Assembly (NCBI GenBank): GCA_038131935.1
Contig: JAYPQH010000018.1
Location: 32,001 to 96,000 of the forward strand
Length of the DNA stretch: 64,000 nucleotides
Reading direction: 5' to 3'
From: Alphaproteobacteria bacterium
Lineage (GTDB): Bacteria; Pseudomonadota; Alphaproteobacteria; UBA8317
In this document: positions 33,118 to 43,344 of the stretch, in pieces
How positions within the stretch are numbered: position 1 is the stretch's first letter
Layout: every line of letters starts with the position of its first letter
Program-made: the position numbers and the translations under genes
Notes under the pieces: model-generated
Database searches by the model: none
What the model saw: only the letters and a program-made list of their open reading frames with translations
Told to the model about the DNA's origin: nothing

Positions 33118-34112
33118 CTTGGCCTACCCCATCTTGGTGGTATCAACGTCCAACCATCACCTCCTTTCTTCTTTACCCTCTCTCTTTGGCATGGCTGCTT
33201 GGCTCACGCATGCGCCGTTTTGACAATGTAGGGTATCAAGGAGATGCTCATCTTATCTTGGTGGGCAACGCGACTGCAGGTGGTGCGGGAAAGACCCCAA
33301 CCGCTATTGCCTTAGCCGAATTGCTTGCCTCTCAAAAACCTGCTTTCATAACCCGAGGTTATGGAGGACGGATGACCAACACTTATGAAGTCTTGCCTCA
33401 CGATAGCCCTAAGGCCGTTGGAGATGAAGCCTTATTACTCGCCTCCTACGCCCCAACATTCATCGGAAAAGATAGAACAGCAGCAGCCAACAAAGCAGCC
33501 ACACAGCATCAACTGCTTATCATGGATGATGGCCTCCAAAATCACCCCTCTTTACGGCGCGACACCGTTTTGTTGATCGTTGATTCAGAAGATGGATTTG
33601 GGAATGGACACATAATCCCAGCTGGTCCCTTACGTGAAACCATACCCTCAGCCTTGAGCAAAGCTCATGGCATCATCCTGATCGGTGACGGGCCACCACC
33701 ACCGGCCTGCCAGAAGTCTTCCGTTCAAATATTTCGTGCGCGACGAACCTTCACCGCAGGTGGATTACCTTTGGCGGGATTACGGGTTTGGGCATTTTGC
33801 GGCATCGCACGCCCAGAACGTTTTTTCCAGGCGCTACGCAATATGGGAGCCGTTGTTGTGGGACAGGAAATATTGGCCGATCATCAACCCATCAATTCAA
33901 GGCTTCTCAAACGTATGACGACTGCAGCCCAGCAACAAAAAGCCGTGTTGATGACCACAGAAAAAGATATGGCCCGTCTTCCACCAGAAAACCGACAAGG
34001 ACTCTATCCGCTCATCATGAAGCTTGAGTTTGAGCATCCCCAAGATCTCAAGAACTTTTTGCTTAATCGTATGAACCCTCAGGACTCCTTGGCAGAAATG
34101 CCCCATCTATAA
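33114..34112 (+). CDS. lpxK: Tetraacyldisaccharide 4'-kinase
   Basis: VGN.TAGGAGKTP, RGYGG, GDE, MDDGLQ, PAGPLRE, TTEKD. Confidence 0.95.
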   Translation: MTWPTPSWWYQRPTITSFLLYPLSLAWLLGSRMRRFDNVGYQGDAHLILVGNATAGGAGKTPTAIALAELLASQKPAFITRGYGGRMTNTYEVLPHDSPKAVGDEALLLASYAPTFIGKDRTAAANKAATQHQLLIMDDGLQNHPSLRRDTVLLIVDSEDGFGNGHIIPAGPLRETIPSALSKAHGIILIGDGPPPPACQKSSVQIFRARRTFTAGGLPLAGLRVWAFCGIARPERFFQALRNMGAVVVGQEILADHQPINSRLLKRMTTAAQQQKAVLMTTEKDMARLPPENRQGLYPLIMKLEFEHPQDLKNFLLNRMNPQDSLAEMPHL

Positions 34113-35454
34113 TGGCCGCCCTGCTACCTGTAGATGATTTCAACATGATGGACTGTTCATCGGTCAATTCTTCGAGTGTAACAACATCGCCTTGTTTGTT
34201 TTGTGCGAGCAAAAAACCTCTTTGCAATATGGAATGATGAGAGACCATTTCTAGCATACGGCTGACATGGGACAGGCGTTCTTGCTTGCCTTTCTGTATG
34301 CGGTCGATAGCCCTATCCATACTTTGCTGCAAACGCTTAACCTCCAGATCAAGCCTCACGCAATGTCGAACCAAAGCTCCTGGCTCCAAACCCTTAAGCA
34401 ATCTGTGATAGCGCTCTGATTTGCGTCGCAACAATTCACAAGGTGCGCGTTGCAAACGCTGGCTTAAATGCTGCAAACGCTCCTGGAGATGAGCCCAACG
34501 CCGTTGCGCGTTCCGCAAGCCACGCTCTGCAAAATCAAACCGCTGCTCACAGCGCTGAAAACGCTGTACCAAGGCCCGTTCCATGCGGGCTGCACCTACC
34601 GATAGGCTCTCAAGCATTTGATCCCGTCGGGGTAGCACCATTTCTGCAGCAGCAGTGGGCGTGGGTGCTCGAACATCCGCCACAAAATCTATCAAGGTCA
34701 CATCGGTTTCATGTCCCACTGCTGAGACAACGGGTATGGGGCAACGCGCTACGGCCCGCAACAATTGCTCATCATGAAAACAGAACAAATCTTCAAAAGA
34801 CCCACCTCCACGCGCCACGATGACCACATCAGGTGTTAAAATATGCTGCTCTGATGCCATTTGAGAAAAACCATCCACGGCATGGGTGAGACATGCAGCT
34901 GCATCTTCACCTTGCACGACAGATGGCCAGACCAGAATGGTACAAGGAAATCTATCCCTCATGCGATGAATAATATCGCGCAGCACAGCGCCTGACAAAG
35001 ACGTCACCACCCCCACAATGTTAGGGAGTTGCGGTAAGGGGCGTTTGTGAGCTGGGTCAAAGAGTCCTTCTTGTTCAAGTTTTTTGCGAAGTTTTTCTAA
35101 TGCCAGCATAAGCGCACCGCGCCCAGCCACCTCGATCTCTTCTACCACAACTTGGTAGCGTGACTGTCCAGGATAGGTCGTCAAACGCCCCGTGATGGTC
35201 ATTTCAAGGCCTTCCTCTGGTACATCTTGCAAACGAGGAACCTGTGAGCGCCAGCATACAGCGGAAAGTATGCTGCCCCCCTCTTTGAGGTCAAAATAAA
35301 GATGACCACTTGCCGGACGCCCAATGCGCCCAACTTCACCTCGGACGCGAACATAGGCAAAGCCATCTTCAATCATGGCCTTTATATCTGTAGACAATTC
35401 CGACACCGTGCGTTCGGGCATATGATTGCTATGTTGAAGCATGTCCAGATCCAT
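34063..35454 (-). CDS. xseA: Exodeoxyribonuclease VII large subunit
   Basis: SGHLYFDLK, VQG, ARGGGS.EDL, SAVGHETD, APTPTAAAE, LQRGF. Confidence 0.96.
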   Translation of the reverse strand: MDLDMLQHSNHMPERTVSELSTDIKAMIEDGFAYVRVRGEVGRIGRPASGHLYFDLKEGGSILSAVCWRSQVPRLQDVPEEGLEMTITGRLTTYPGQSRYQVVVEEIEVAGRGALMLALEKLRKKLEQEGLFDPAHKRPLPQLPNIVGVVTSLSGAVLRDIIHRMRDRFPCTILVWPSVVQGEDAAACLTHAVDGFSQMASEQHILTPDVVIVARGGGSFEDLFCFHDEQLLRAVARCPIPVVSAVGHETDVTLIDFVADVRAPTPTAAAEMVLPRRDQMLESLSVGAARMERALVQRFQRCEQRFDFAERGLRNAQRRWAHLQERLQHLSQRLQRAPCELLRRKSERYHRLLKGLEPGALVRHCVRLDLEVKRLQQSMDRAIDRIQKGKQERLSHVSRMLEMVSHHSILQRGFLLAQNKQGDVVTLEELTDEQSIMLKSSTGSRAAIIDGAFLPRSPEGSYD

Positions 35455-35565
35455 GATCGCACCTTTCTATCAAATAGGGCCTAAGGAAAGACCATTGATT
35501 TATCTGCTGGTCATGACCTACCCCATACAAATGACTGTGCCAACTTGAAGGGAAAGAATAAAGAG

Positions 35566-36831
35566 ATGAACGTTTTGCTTTTAGGTTCTGGTGGCCGCGA
35601 ACATGCGCTGGCTTGGAAAATTGCGCAATCATCCAAACTGAGCAAACTCTTTGTTATGCCAGGATCGGATGCCATGTCTGAGATCGGGCAGCAGGTAAAA
35701 GGCGATATCAACAACCCTCAAGATGTAGCAAATTGCAGCAAAGAACATAACATTGACCTGGTGGTCATTGGTCCAGAAGCTCCTCTTGCCCATGGTGTCA
35801 GCGATCATCTTCGAGATCTCGGCGTTCATGTTTTTGGTCCCAGCCAAGCTGCCGCTCAATTAGAGACCTCAAAAGCGTTCATGAAAGACATCGCACAACA
35901 AGCCCAGGCCCCCACTGCGGCTTTTTCCATTTTTGATGATTACCAACAAGCTCGTGACTACATACGCCAACAAGGCGCACCTATTGTGGTCAAAGCAGAT
36001 GGTTTGGCAGCAGGAAAAGGCGTTGTGGTGGCCATGACTGAGACAGAAGCCTTGGATGCCGTTGATGATATGGCAAAAGGTGCCCATGGTGATGCGGGCA
36101 AAAAACTCGTCATTGAAGAATTTATGCAAGGTGATGAAGTAAGCCTTTTCGTCCTATGTCACGGCACACAAGCTGTGGCTTTTGGCTCAGCCCAAGATCA
36201 CAAACAAATTTTTGAAGGCGATCTAGGACCCAATACAGGTGGCATGGGATCATATGCACCCGCCCCCATGTTTACCAAAGAGCTTGAACAACAGGTTATG
36301 GAAACCATTGTCCACCCAACCCTCAAGGTGATGATGGATCGTGGCACCCCTTATGAAGGGGTTTTGTTCTGCGGGCTTATGTTAACCCAAGACGGCCCTA
36401 AATTGGTGGAATTCAATGCCCGTTTTGGGGACCCTGAAGCCCAAACATTGATGCGCCTGTATCAAGGCGATTTGTTGGATTTGTTGTACAATCTGGCGCA
36501 AGGAAACATGCCTGCACCGCCTTTGATGTTGTCAAAATCACATGCCATGACAGTTGTCATGGCCGCTGCTGGATATCCTGGAGATGTAGAAAAAGGCATG
36601 CCTATTCATATGCCAGAAGATTTTGGAGATCACGTTGTGGTGTTTCATGCGGGAACAAATTTTGATGGCCATCATTTCCGAACGCAAGGAGGCCGGGTGC
36701 TAAATGTTACAGCCACAGGGGATGATCTTCAAACCGCTCGAGACCGGGCTTATGACGCGATCAGCCAAATACATTGGGAGGGTGTTCAATACCGGCGCGA
36801 TATTGGCCATCGGGTGCTGGATCGCAAATAA
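35566..36831 (+). CDS. purD: Phosphoribosylamine--glycine ligase
   Basis: GSGGREHA, VKADGLAAGKGV, QDHK, NTGGMG, EFNARFGDPE. Confidence 0.97.
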   Translation: MNVLLLGSGGREHALAWKIAQSSKLSKLFVMPGSDAMSEIGQQVKGDINNPQDVANCSKEHNIDLVVIGPEAPLAHGVSDHLRDLGVHVFGPSQAAAQLETSKAFMKDIAQQAQAPTAAFSIFDDYQQARDYIRQQGAPIVVKADGLAAGKGVVVAMTETEALDAVDDMAKGAHGDAGKKLVIEEFMQGDEVSLFVLCHGTQAVAFGSAQDHKQIFEGDLGPNTGGMGSYAPAPMFTKELEQQVMETIVHPTLKVMMDRGTPYEGVLFCGLMLTQDGPKLVEFNARFGDPEAQTLMRLYQGDLLDLLYNLAQGNMPAPPLMLSKSHAMTVVMAAAGYPGDVEKGMPIHMPEDFGDHVVVFHAGTNFDGHHFRTQGGRVLNVTATGDDLQTARDRAYDAISQIHWEGVQYRRDIGHRVLDRK

Positions 36832-36839
36832 GACAAAGC

Positions 36840-37292
36840 CTAACGTCGAGATGCAAAAAACTCGCGAAGCAATTGTTGAGAACGTACTTGGTACAACCCC
36901 CCTATTGCTTCCACATGATGGTGACAGCTTGGTTGATGAAAAAAACGGACACCATTATCAACCGCACCAGCTTTGATGTCTTCTGCCGCATAGTAGAGCC
37001 TGCGCAAACGTGCATGTGCAATAGCGCCAGCACACATAGTGCAAGGCTCTAAGGTGACGTACAAATCGCAACCTTCTAAACGCTCAGAACCCAACGCCTT
37101 CATAGCATCACGGATGGCCAACAATTCGGCATGTGCAGTGGCATCACCCAGACCACGCATCTCGTTGCGTCTTGCCGCCAAGCGCTCACCAGATGGACCC
37201 AAGATAATAGCACCAACAGGAACTTCACCTGCTGTTGCAGCTTGCTCCGCAAGCTCTAGCGCCTCTTCCATTGTCGTTGACCGAAGCAGCAA
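36840..37292 (-). CDS. tadA: tRNA adenosine(34) deaminase
   Basis: GEVPVGA, AHAE, TLEPCTMCAGA. Confidence 0.92.
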   Translation of the reverse strand: MLLRSTTMEEALELAEQAATAGEVPVGAIILGPSGERLAARRNEMRGLGDATAHAELLAIRDAMKALGSERLEGCDLYVTLEPCTMCAGAIAHARLRRLYYAAEDIKAGAVDNGVRFFHQPSCHHHVEAIGGLYQVRSQQLLREFFASRR

Positions 37293-37418
37293 TCGGGTCT
37301 ACTCCCCTTCATCTAAAGTTTGACAGTTAGCATCTTTGCGACGCATGTCTTGATTGTAGCCGAGCTTTGGTGATTGCCACAACCTCAAGGTTCACGCACA
37401 AAAGCAATAGAGGATAAA

Positions 37419-38180
37419 ATGATGGATCCAAAAGAGGCCGCTGCAGGCACACGCATCGCCGCTTACCTTGCGCGGGCTGGTTTGGGGTCACGCAGAAGCT
37501 GCGAAGTTTTGGTTCAAGAGGGTCGCATTACCGTTAATGGTAAACAGATTACCCATCCCTCTCAAAAGGTAACAGCTTCTGATATCATTATGTTTGATGG
37601 AGAGGCCATTAGGCCACCTGAACACACCCGTGTATGGCGTTATCATAAGCCAAAGGGCGTTATCTGCAGTCGGCATGACCCCCAAGGTCGTCCGACTATC
37701 TTCGCACAAGTCGAGCCGATTATCGGCCATTGTGTCTCTGTCGGCCGTTTGGACTTTAATACAGAGGGCCTCATGTTGCTTACCAACAATGGTGCATTCG
37801 CCCGTCATCTTGAGCTACCGGCCAATGGCTGGATTCGGCGCTATCGGGTGCGCGCTTATGGACCTGTTACCCAAGCCAAACTGACAAGCCTTGCTGATGG
37901 TGTAAAAATTGATGACATAAATTATGGTGGGATCAATGCTTTAATTGATAGCCGACAAGGCGCCAACCTATGGGTGTCTGTCAGCATTAAAGAGGGTAAG
38001 AATCGTGAAATTCGAAAAATTTTCGCGCATTTGGACTGCCAAGTCTCTAGGCTCATACGTACCAGTTATGGAGCCTTTCAATTAGGGAAATTGCCTGAAG
38101 GCACGTTGGAAGAAATCCCCGCCAAAATGCTTCGCGAACAATTGGGCGCACAACAAGCGAAAGACTTGGGCATTCCATGA
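37419..38180 (+). CDS. rluB: RsuA/RluB family pseudouridine synthase
   Basis: S4 domain (LARAG..SRR), YHKPKG, VGRLD.NTEGL.LLTN, EGKNREIR. Confidence 0.88.
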   Translation: MMDPKEAAAGTRIAAYLARAGLGSRRSCEVLVQEGRITVNGKQITHPSQKVTASDIIMFDGEAIRPPEHTRVWRYHKPKGVICSRHDPQGRPTIFAQVEPIIGHCVSVGRLDFNTEGLMLLTNNGAFARHLELPANGWIRRYRVRAYGPVTQAKLTSLADGVKIDDINYGGINALIDSRQGANLWVSVSIKEGKNREIRKIFAHLDCQVSRLIRTSYGAFQLGKLPEGTLEEIPAKMLREQLGAQQAKDLGIP

Positions 38181-38734
38181 GGGTTGTTTCAGGACTTTGG
38201 CGTGGCCAAAAACTCTATGTTCCTGAGGGTGATCATGTGCGCCCAACATCAGAACGGGCACGCGCTGCGCTCATTGATATCCTTCATGCACGGTATGGAG
38301 GTGACTGGGCATCCATAAAATTTGCTGATCTTTGTGCCGGCAGTGGTGCTGTAGGTATAGAAATGCTCTCTAGAGGAGCTTCTTTTGGTATTTTTGTTGA
38401 GCATGACCCAACAGCGTTGACATGTTTGCGTAAAAACCTCAGCCGTGTGCCTAAGGAGCATTATCGCATTCTCGCCCATAATGCAGAGCGCCTTAATGCG
38501 TGGCAGCATGAAGGACCATTCCATATCATATTTATGGATCCTCCCTATAAAACCGGGTTAGGACAACAATTGCTAACCCAAATCATGGCCGTGGAAGCAC
38601 TGCTAACCGATGATGGGGTGTTGGTGGTAGAACTTGATGGCAAAGAAACCATCACCTCAGTTCAATCAGGATGGAGCGTGGTGATGACAAGGCGTTATGG
38701 CCGCAACCAATTTGTCATGCTGCAAAAAAATTAG
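38177..38734 (+). CDS. rsmD: 16S rRNA m2G966 methyltransferase
   Basis: MRVVSG...G, RPTS.R.R, DLCAGSGA.GIE.LSRGA, DPPY. Confidence 0.93.
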   Translation: MRVVSGLWRGQKLYVPEGDHVRPTSERARAALIDILHARYGGDWASIKFADLCAGSGAVGIEMLSRGASFGIFVEHDPTALTCLRKNLSRVPKEHYRILAHNAERLNAWQHEGPFHIIFMDPPYKTGLGQQLLTQIMAVEALLTDDGVLVVELDGKETITSVQSGWSVVMTRRYGRNQFVMLQKN

Positions 38735-40554
38735 CGTCGACCAAACAACTTTTCGATATCTGTCAATTTGAGACTTACATAGGTAGGTCGGCCATGATTA
38801 CATTGGCCCGAAAAAGGTGTTCGTTCCATCTCTCGCAGCAAAGCATTCATTTCCTCTGCTTTCAGACGACGCCCCGCGCGAACAGAGCCATGGCATGCCA
38901 TGGTCGCCGCAACCTGTTCCAAATGTTCTTTCAAAGGCGCCATGTGACCAAGCTCTGCGCATTCGTCTGCAAGATCACGAACCAATTGAGGGATATCCAC
39001 CCTCCCCAACATCGCAGGAACCCAGCGGACGACCACCGCATCATCACCAAAAGACTCAAGCCCTAACCCCATCAAACGCAAGCCTTCTTCATGAGCAAGA
39101 AGTGCGTCCACTTTATCTTGAGGCAAAGATATAACTTCAGGAACCAAAAGATTCTGCGACGGCATATCGCGTCCTTCAAGTGCATCTTGCAACTGCATCA
39201 ACACCAAGCGTTCATGAGCTGCATGTTGATCCACCAGAACAATACCATCTGCCGTTTGAGCAAGGATATATGTCTCATGCAATTGGGCCCGCGCAACACC
39301 TAAAGGCGTGTCAGCTAAAGCCTCCTCATGTATGATATCAGGTACCGAAGCTCCCAAATCAGGCATGAGGGGTGTTTCAGATGCCCCAAGCATATTGTCA
39401 GCAAAAGGTTCGGCTTCGTCCATGGGGCGCGCTTGCGCGCGAAACCCTTGTGCCAATAAATGTCGCGATGGTCGCGCCCTTAACGGCATGGATTGCATGG
39501 CGCGTAATGCATCTGCCGCTGTGGTGGTAGAGGCGCGCGTCCCTTCTTGCAGCAAAGCTTGCCGGACGCCCCCGACAATAAGACCACGTATTTTTTGCGC
39601 ATCTGAAAAACGAACCTCAGTTTTTGCAGGATGAACATTGACATCCAACATGTGAGGGTCAACATCTAAGAAAAGAGCAACCGCAGGATGCCTATCTCGC
39701 GCAATAAGATCAGAATAGGCGCCACGTAACATCCCAGAAAGTTGCCGGTCACGTACCTGACGACCATTCACAAAGAGATATTGGTGCTGCGCAGTACCTC
39801 TGTCAAAGGTTGGTAGAGATGCGAAACCTGCCAAACGCGCTTCACCATCGGACAAGTCAACCCGACATGAATTTTCAACAAAATCTTTCCCTAATATTTT
39901 GCCAATACGGGCCTGATGGCCACCAAGGTCAGAAGGCTCTGAGGTAAGTTGCAAACTTCTACGACCATCAACAACCAAGCGAAATGCTACCGATGGTTCA
40001 GCCATGGCAAACCGTCTCATGACATCCAAAATGGCTGCATTTTCAGATCGCGCTGATTTCAAAAATTTACGTCGCGCAGGCACCGAATAAAACAAATCAC
40101 GCACTTCAATTCGCGTGCCACGGCTGCGCGCAGCAGGTTCAGCTTGCTCTTTTCGCCCAGCACGCACATCAAGTTGCCAACCATGCTCTTCATCTTGGTG
40201 ACGGGTCGTGATGCGAAGATGCGACACCGCACCAATGGAGGGAAGTGCTTCGCCTCGGAAGCCAAGCGTTTGAACACCCATAAGGGCGTCATAACCAGCG
40301 CCTGAACGGATTTTGGAGGTTGCATGACGCGCAACAGATAAGAGGAGATCATCTTTGACCATCCCGGCTCCATCATCATCCACGATGATCAATGAGGCAC
40401 CTGCGTCTTCAATGGTAACCGAAATCTCCTGTGCACCTGCATCAAGTGCATTTTCCACCAACTCCTTCACCACAGCTGCAGGTCGTTCGACCACTTCACC
40501 AGCAGCAATACGATTGATGGTTGCCTCATCTAATTGTGCGATAACGGTTTTCAT
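38731..40554 (-). CDS. mutL: DNA mismatch repair endonuclease MutL
   Basis: IAAGEVVERP, GFRGEAL, DVNVHPAK.EVRF, DQHAAHER, CNHGRPT. Confidence 0.98.
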   Translation of the reverse strand: MKTVIAQLDEATINRIAAGEVVERPAAVVKELVENALDAGAQEISVTIEDAGASLIIVDDDGAGMVKDDLLLSVARHATSKIRSGAGYDALMGVQTLGFRGEALPSIGAVSHLRITTRHQDEEHGWQLDVRAGRKEQAEPAARSRGTRIEVRDLFYSVPARRKFLKSARSENAAILDVMRRFAMAEPSVAFRLVVDGRRSLQLTSEPSDLGGHQARIGKILGKDFVENSCRVDLSDGEARLAGFASLPTFDRGTAQHQYLFVNGRQVRDRQLSGMLRGAYSDLIARDRHPAVALFLDVDPHMLDVNVHPAKTEVRFSDAQKIRGLIVGGVRQALLQEGTRASTTTAADALRAMQSMPLRARPSRHLLAQGFRAQARPMDEAEPFADNMLGASETPLMPDLGASVPDIIHEEALADTPLGVARAQLHETYILAQTADGIVLVDQHAAHERLVLMQLQDALEGRDMPSQNLLVPEVISLPQDKVDALLAHEEGLRLMGLGLESFGDDAVVVRWVPAMLGRVDIPQLVRDLADECAELGHMAPLKEHLEQVAATMACHGSVRAGRRLKAEEMNALLREMERTPFSGQCNHGRPTYVSLKLTDIEKLFGRR

Positions 40555-41849
40555 ACCGAATTTGGCCCCTTAGCCAACTGCGCAAAGAGCTCCTTAAGCC
40601 GTATCTTTCCTTCTTCAACTGCAGGTTGATCAAAGGGATTTACCGAAGCCAACCCCGCAGCGACCACCGTCTCTAGCATCATACCCACCATGACGCGGCA
40701 GAGATCTTCTGGATCTTTATCCATCATGGAAATCATACGCACAGGACGCCCACGTTTGCTTAAGACATCACCGGTTGCCTGAGCTTGCGCGCTCGTGACC
40801 TCAGAGAGATCTCGTCCCACCACCATACCTGTGACGGATGACAACGTCTCTTCCTCCACCACAATTTGCTGAGAACTGGCACAGAGATCAAAAATGCTGA
40901 ACATCTTATCATGGGGTCCATCCATATGAAGCTGTAATTGGGAATGTTGTGCGACAGGCCCCAATACAACGTCCAACAGAAGTCCTGAGCCATCTTTTCC
41001 AACAGACTCAGCCCATAACTGGCGATACCATTGACCCAACACGGCCAGAGACGTGCCATACATATAGGCAATATGGGCGGCATATCCTTGCCGTCTGATG
41101 GTTTCGAGTGCGATGGCAGATTGTGTAGCCGGATGATTGATGGGATCGGCAAGGAAATTCTCCAACATATCCAGCCCAGCGCCACGTAATCGGCGAGGGT
41201 CAAGTCCCATCAACAGTGATGGAAACATGCCCACCACAGAAAACATGGCATAACGCCCCCCTATATTGAGCGGATGAGGCAAAAAGGGAATACGATAATG
41301 ATCAGCAAATGATGCCAAAGGAGATTCTTTAGGCTCAGTGATCACCACCATATGCTTGGCGAGGTTTAGATGCGCAAATTCCAATGATCGACGCACCAAA
41401 CTTGCTTGTATCAAGGTTTCCAACGTTCCACCTGATTTGCTGACGATAAGGAACAAGGTTGTGGAAAGGTCCAAACCATCGAGCAACAACCTCATATCAT
41501 GACCGTCTAAATTGTCAGGAAAATAAAACCTTACGCCTCCCGACCGGAATTCAGCATATTCCCCAGTCAACCCTTGAAAGTGTGCCAACGCCTGTGGCCC
41601 CAGACTTGACCCCCCTGTACCCAAGACCACCACTTGCTGCACAAAACCCATGGCAACGTCCGCAAGCTCAACCATAGCCCCTAAGTCTTGATCAACTTTC
41701 AAAATTTGAAATGGACCGTGCTGATCAGCTGTTAACTCCCCACAAAGCTTAGAGAGAACATCCTCGGCCTCATGCTGTACACTCATTCTGCTTTCCCTCA
41801 TGGACAGATCAAGCGTCTCCGACAAACTCTCAAAGTTATAGGTCAACAT
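40551..41849 (-). CDS. pgi: Glucose-6-phosphate isomerase (short ~430-aa form)
   Basis: GTGGSSLG, SKSGGTLET, GGRY, QLWAESVGK, QHSQLQL, NPFDQPAVEEGK. Confidence 0.9.
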   Translation of the reverse strand: MLTYNFESLSETLDLSMRESRMSVQHEAEDVLSKLCGELTADQHGPFQILKVDQDLGAMVELADVAMGFVQQVVVLGTGGSSLGPQALAHFQGLTGEYAEFRSGGVRFYFPDNLDGHDMRLLLDGLDLSTTLFLIVSKSGGTLETLIQASLVRRSLEFAHLNLAKHMVVITEPKESPLASFADHYRIPFLPHPLNIGGRYAMFSVVGMFPSLLMGLDPRRLRGAGLDMLENFLADPINHPATQSAIALETIRRQGYAAHIAYMYGTSLAVLGQWYRQLWAESVGKDGSGLLLDVVLGPVAQHSQLQLHMDGPHDKMFSIFDLCASSQQIVVEEETLSSVTGMVVGRDLSEVTSAQAQATGDVLSKRGRPVRMISMMDKDPEDLCRVMVGMMLETVVAAGLASVNPFDQPAVEEGKIRLKELFAQLAKGPNSV

Positions 41850-41994
41850 ATCTTTTCAGCCCCCGTCGATGAATAACAATGCATACTGATCTTCAGCAGA
41901 TCTGCCACATCATTATCGAATAAGTTCGTGCGCGACGTCCACCCCAAGTCTATACCCAAACGCATGACACATTCGATACATTTTGATGGGAAAG

Positions 41995-43344
41995 TTATGG
42001 GTTAAGCCTCACCAAATCATCTGAGGATATCACCCGATCGGGTTGGAACGTTTTCTCATCAGGATTACCGGCAGCCACCATTAGGGGAATTTTGTCACGC
42101 AGCAAACGTGCCGCAACTGCTTTGATATCATCGATTTGAATTTGAGCCACCAAATCATTACGCACCTCATGATAATTCAATGGCAACTTGGATATTTGGA
42201 TGCCCATAAGATGTTGCGCAATTTTGCCATTGGCATCAAAGCGCAAAGGGTATGAACCTATGATATTGTTCTTTGCGGCACGAAGTTCTTCCTCTGTGAC
42301 ACCATTGGTGGCTACCTCTTCCAATACCTGACGGGCAACATCGTAAGCTTCTAGCACCGCATCATTTCGGGTTGCAAAATACACCATCAAGGTAGCCGTT
42401 TCCTGTGTAGGGGATAAAAAACTTGCCGCTGAGTATGCCAATCCGCGTTCTTCTCGAATTTCTTTTGTTAAACGTGAGGAAAAACCACCACCGCCCAAGA
42501 CATGATTCATAACATAGGCCGCCATAAAGTCCGGATCATCACGCATCAACCCAGGATATGCCATGACCACGGTGGTCTGCGGCACTGCCTGAGGAACCAA
42601 TAGGCGCAAACCTTCAGCTTGCATCAGATGAGGTCCATCAGATTGAAATGGCACACCCACGGGTAATGTCTGAGCCAATTTTGTAACAATGCGTTCAGCA
42701 TCCGCCTTTGTGATGGCACCAGCCAAAGATATCATGAGCTTTTGTGATTGTATTTGCTCAGCGACAAACGCCCGGACTTTATCAGCATTCAACCCTTCAA
42801 GGGAGGTTTCTGTCTGGGTTCTTCCTTGAGACAAGCCTTGGAATGCCGTTCTGGCCAGCGCCGTGAAAGCGAGCGACTGGGGGTCCACCATTCTACGTTT
42901 CAATCCAGCAATCATCTGGGCTTTGCCACGTTCTATGTCATCTTCATGAAAATGTGCCTCACGTAGCATCGTGACCGCCAACAAGACAGCTTCATCAACC
43001 GCATCAGCGACAGTCGTGATTGAGACGCTAAATCCGTCGCGCTCATTATCCATACTGATACTGGCACCAAGTTCGACCATTTTGTTGGCCAGTCCCTCGG
43101 CATCATAACCACCTGCACCTTCCAGCATGGTCATGGCGGCCAATTCACCTACCCCTTCATCACCTGGGGCAACAAGCCGTTTTCCTCCCATAAACACCAT
43201 ACGCAAAGCCACCACCGGCACCGTATGATCAGAGCTCAACAGGGCCGTCAGGCCATCAGATTCAACTTTTTGCACCTGCATTGCCTGTACCCCACCGCAT
43301 AAAACACTCAAAAAAAGCCAAAGATATGCCCATGATATTTTCAT
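41995..43344 (-). CDS. M16 peptidase, non-catalytic partner subunit
   Basis: M16 fold motifs (LGGGGFSSRL..EIREERGLAY) but no HxxEH; signal peptide. Confidence 0.88.
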   Translation of the reverse strand: MKISWAYLWLFLSVLCGGVQAMQVQKVESDGLTALLSSDHTVPVVALRMVFMGGKRLVAPGDEGVGELAAMTMLEGAGGYDAEGLANKMVELGASISMDNERDGFSVSITTVADAVDEAVLLAVTMLREAHFHEDDIERGKAQMIAGLKRRMVDPQSLAFTALARTAFQGLSQGRTQTETSLEGLNADKVRAFVAEQIQSQKLMISLAGAITKADAERIVTKLAQTLPVGVPFQSDGPHLMQAEGLRLLVPQAVPQTTVVMAYPGLMRDDPDFMAAYVMNHVLGGGGFSSRLTKEIREERGLAYSAASFLSPTQETATLMVYFATRNDAVLEAYDVARQVLEEVATNGVTEEELRAAKNNIIGSYPLRFDANGKIAQHLMGIQISKLPLNYHEVRNDLVAQIQIDDIKAVAARLLRDKIPLMVAAGNPDEKTFQPDRVISSDDLVRLNP

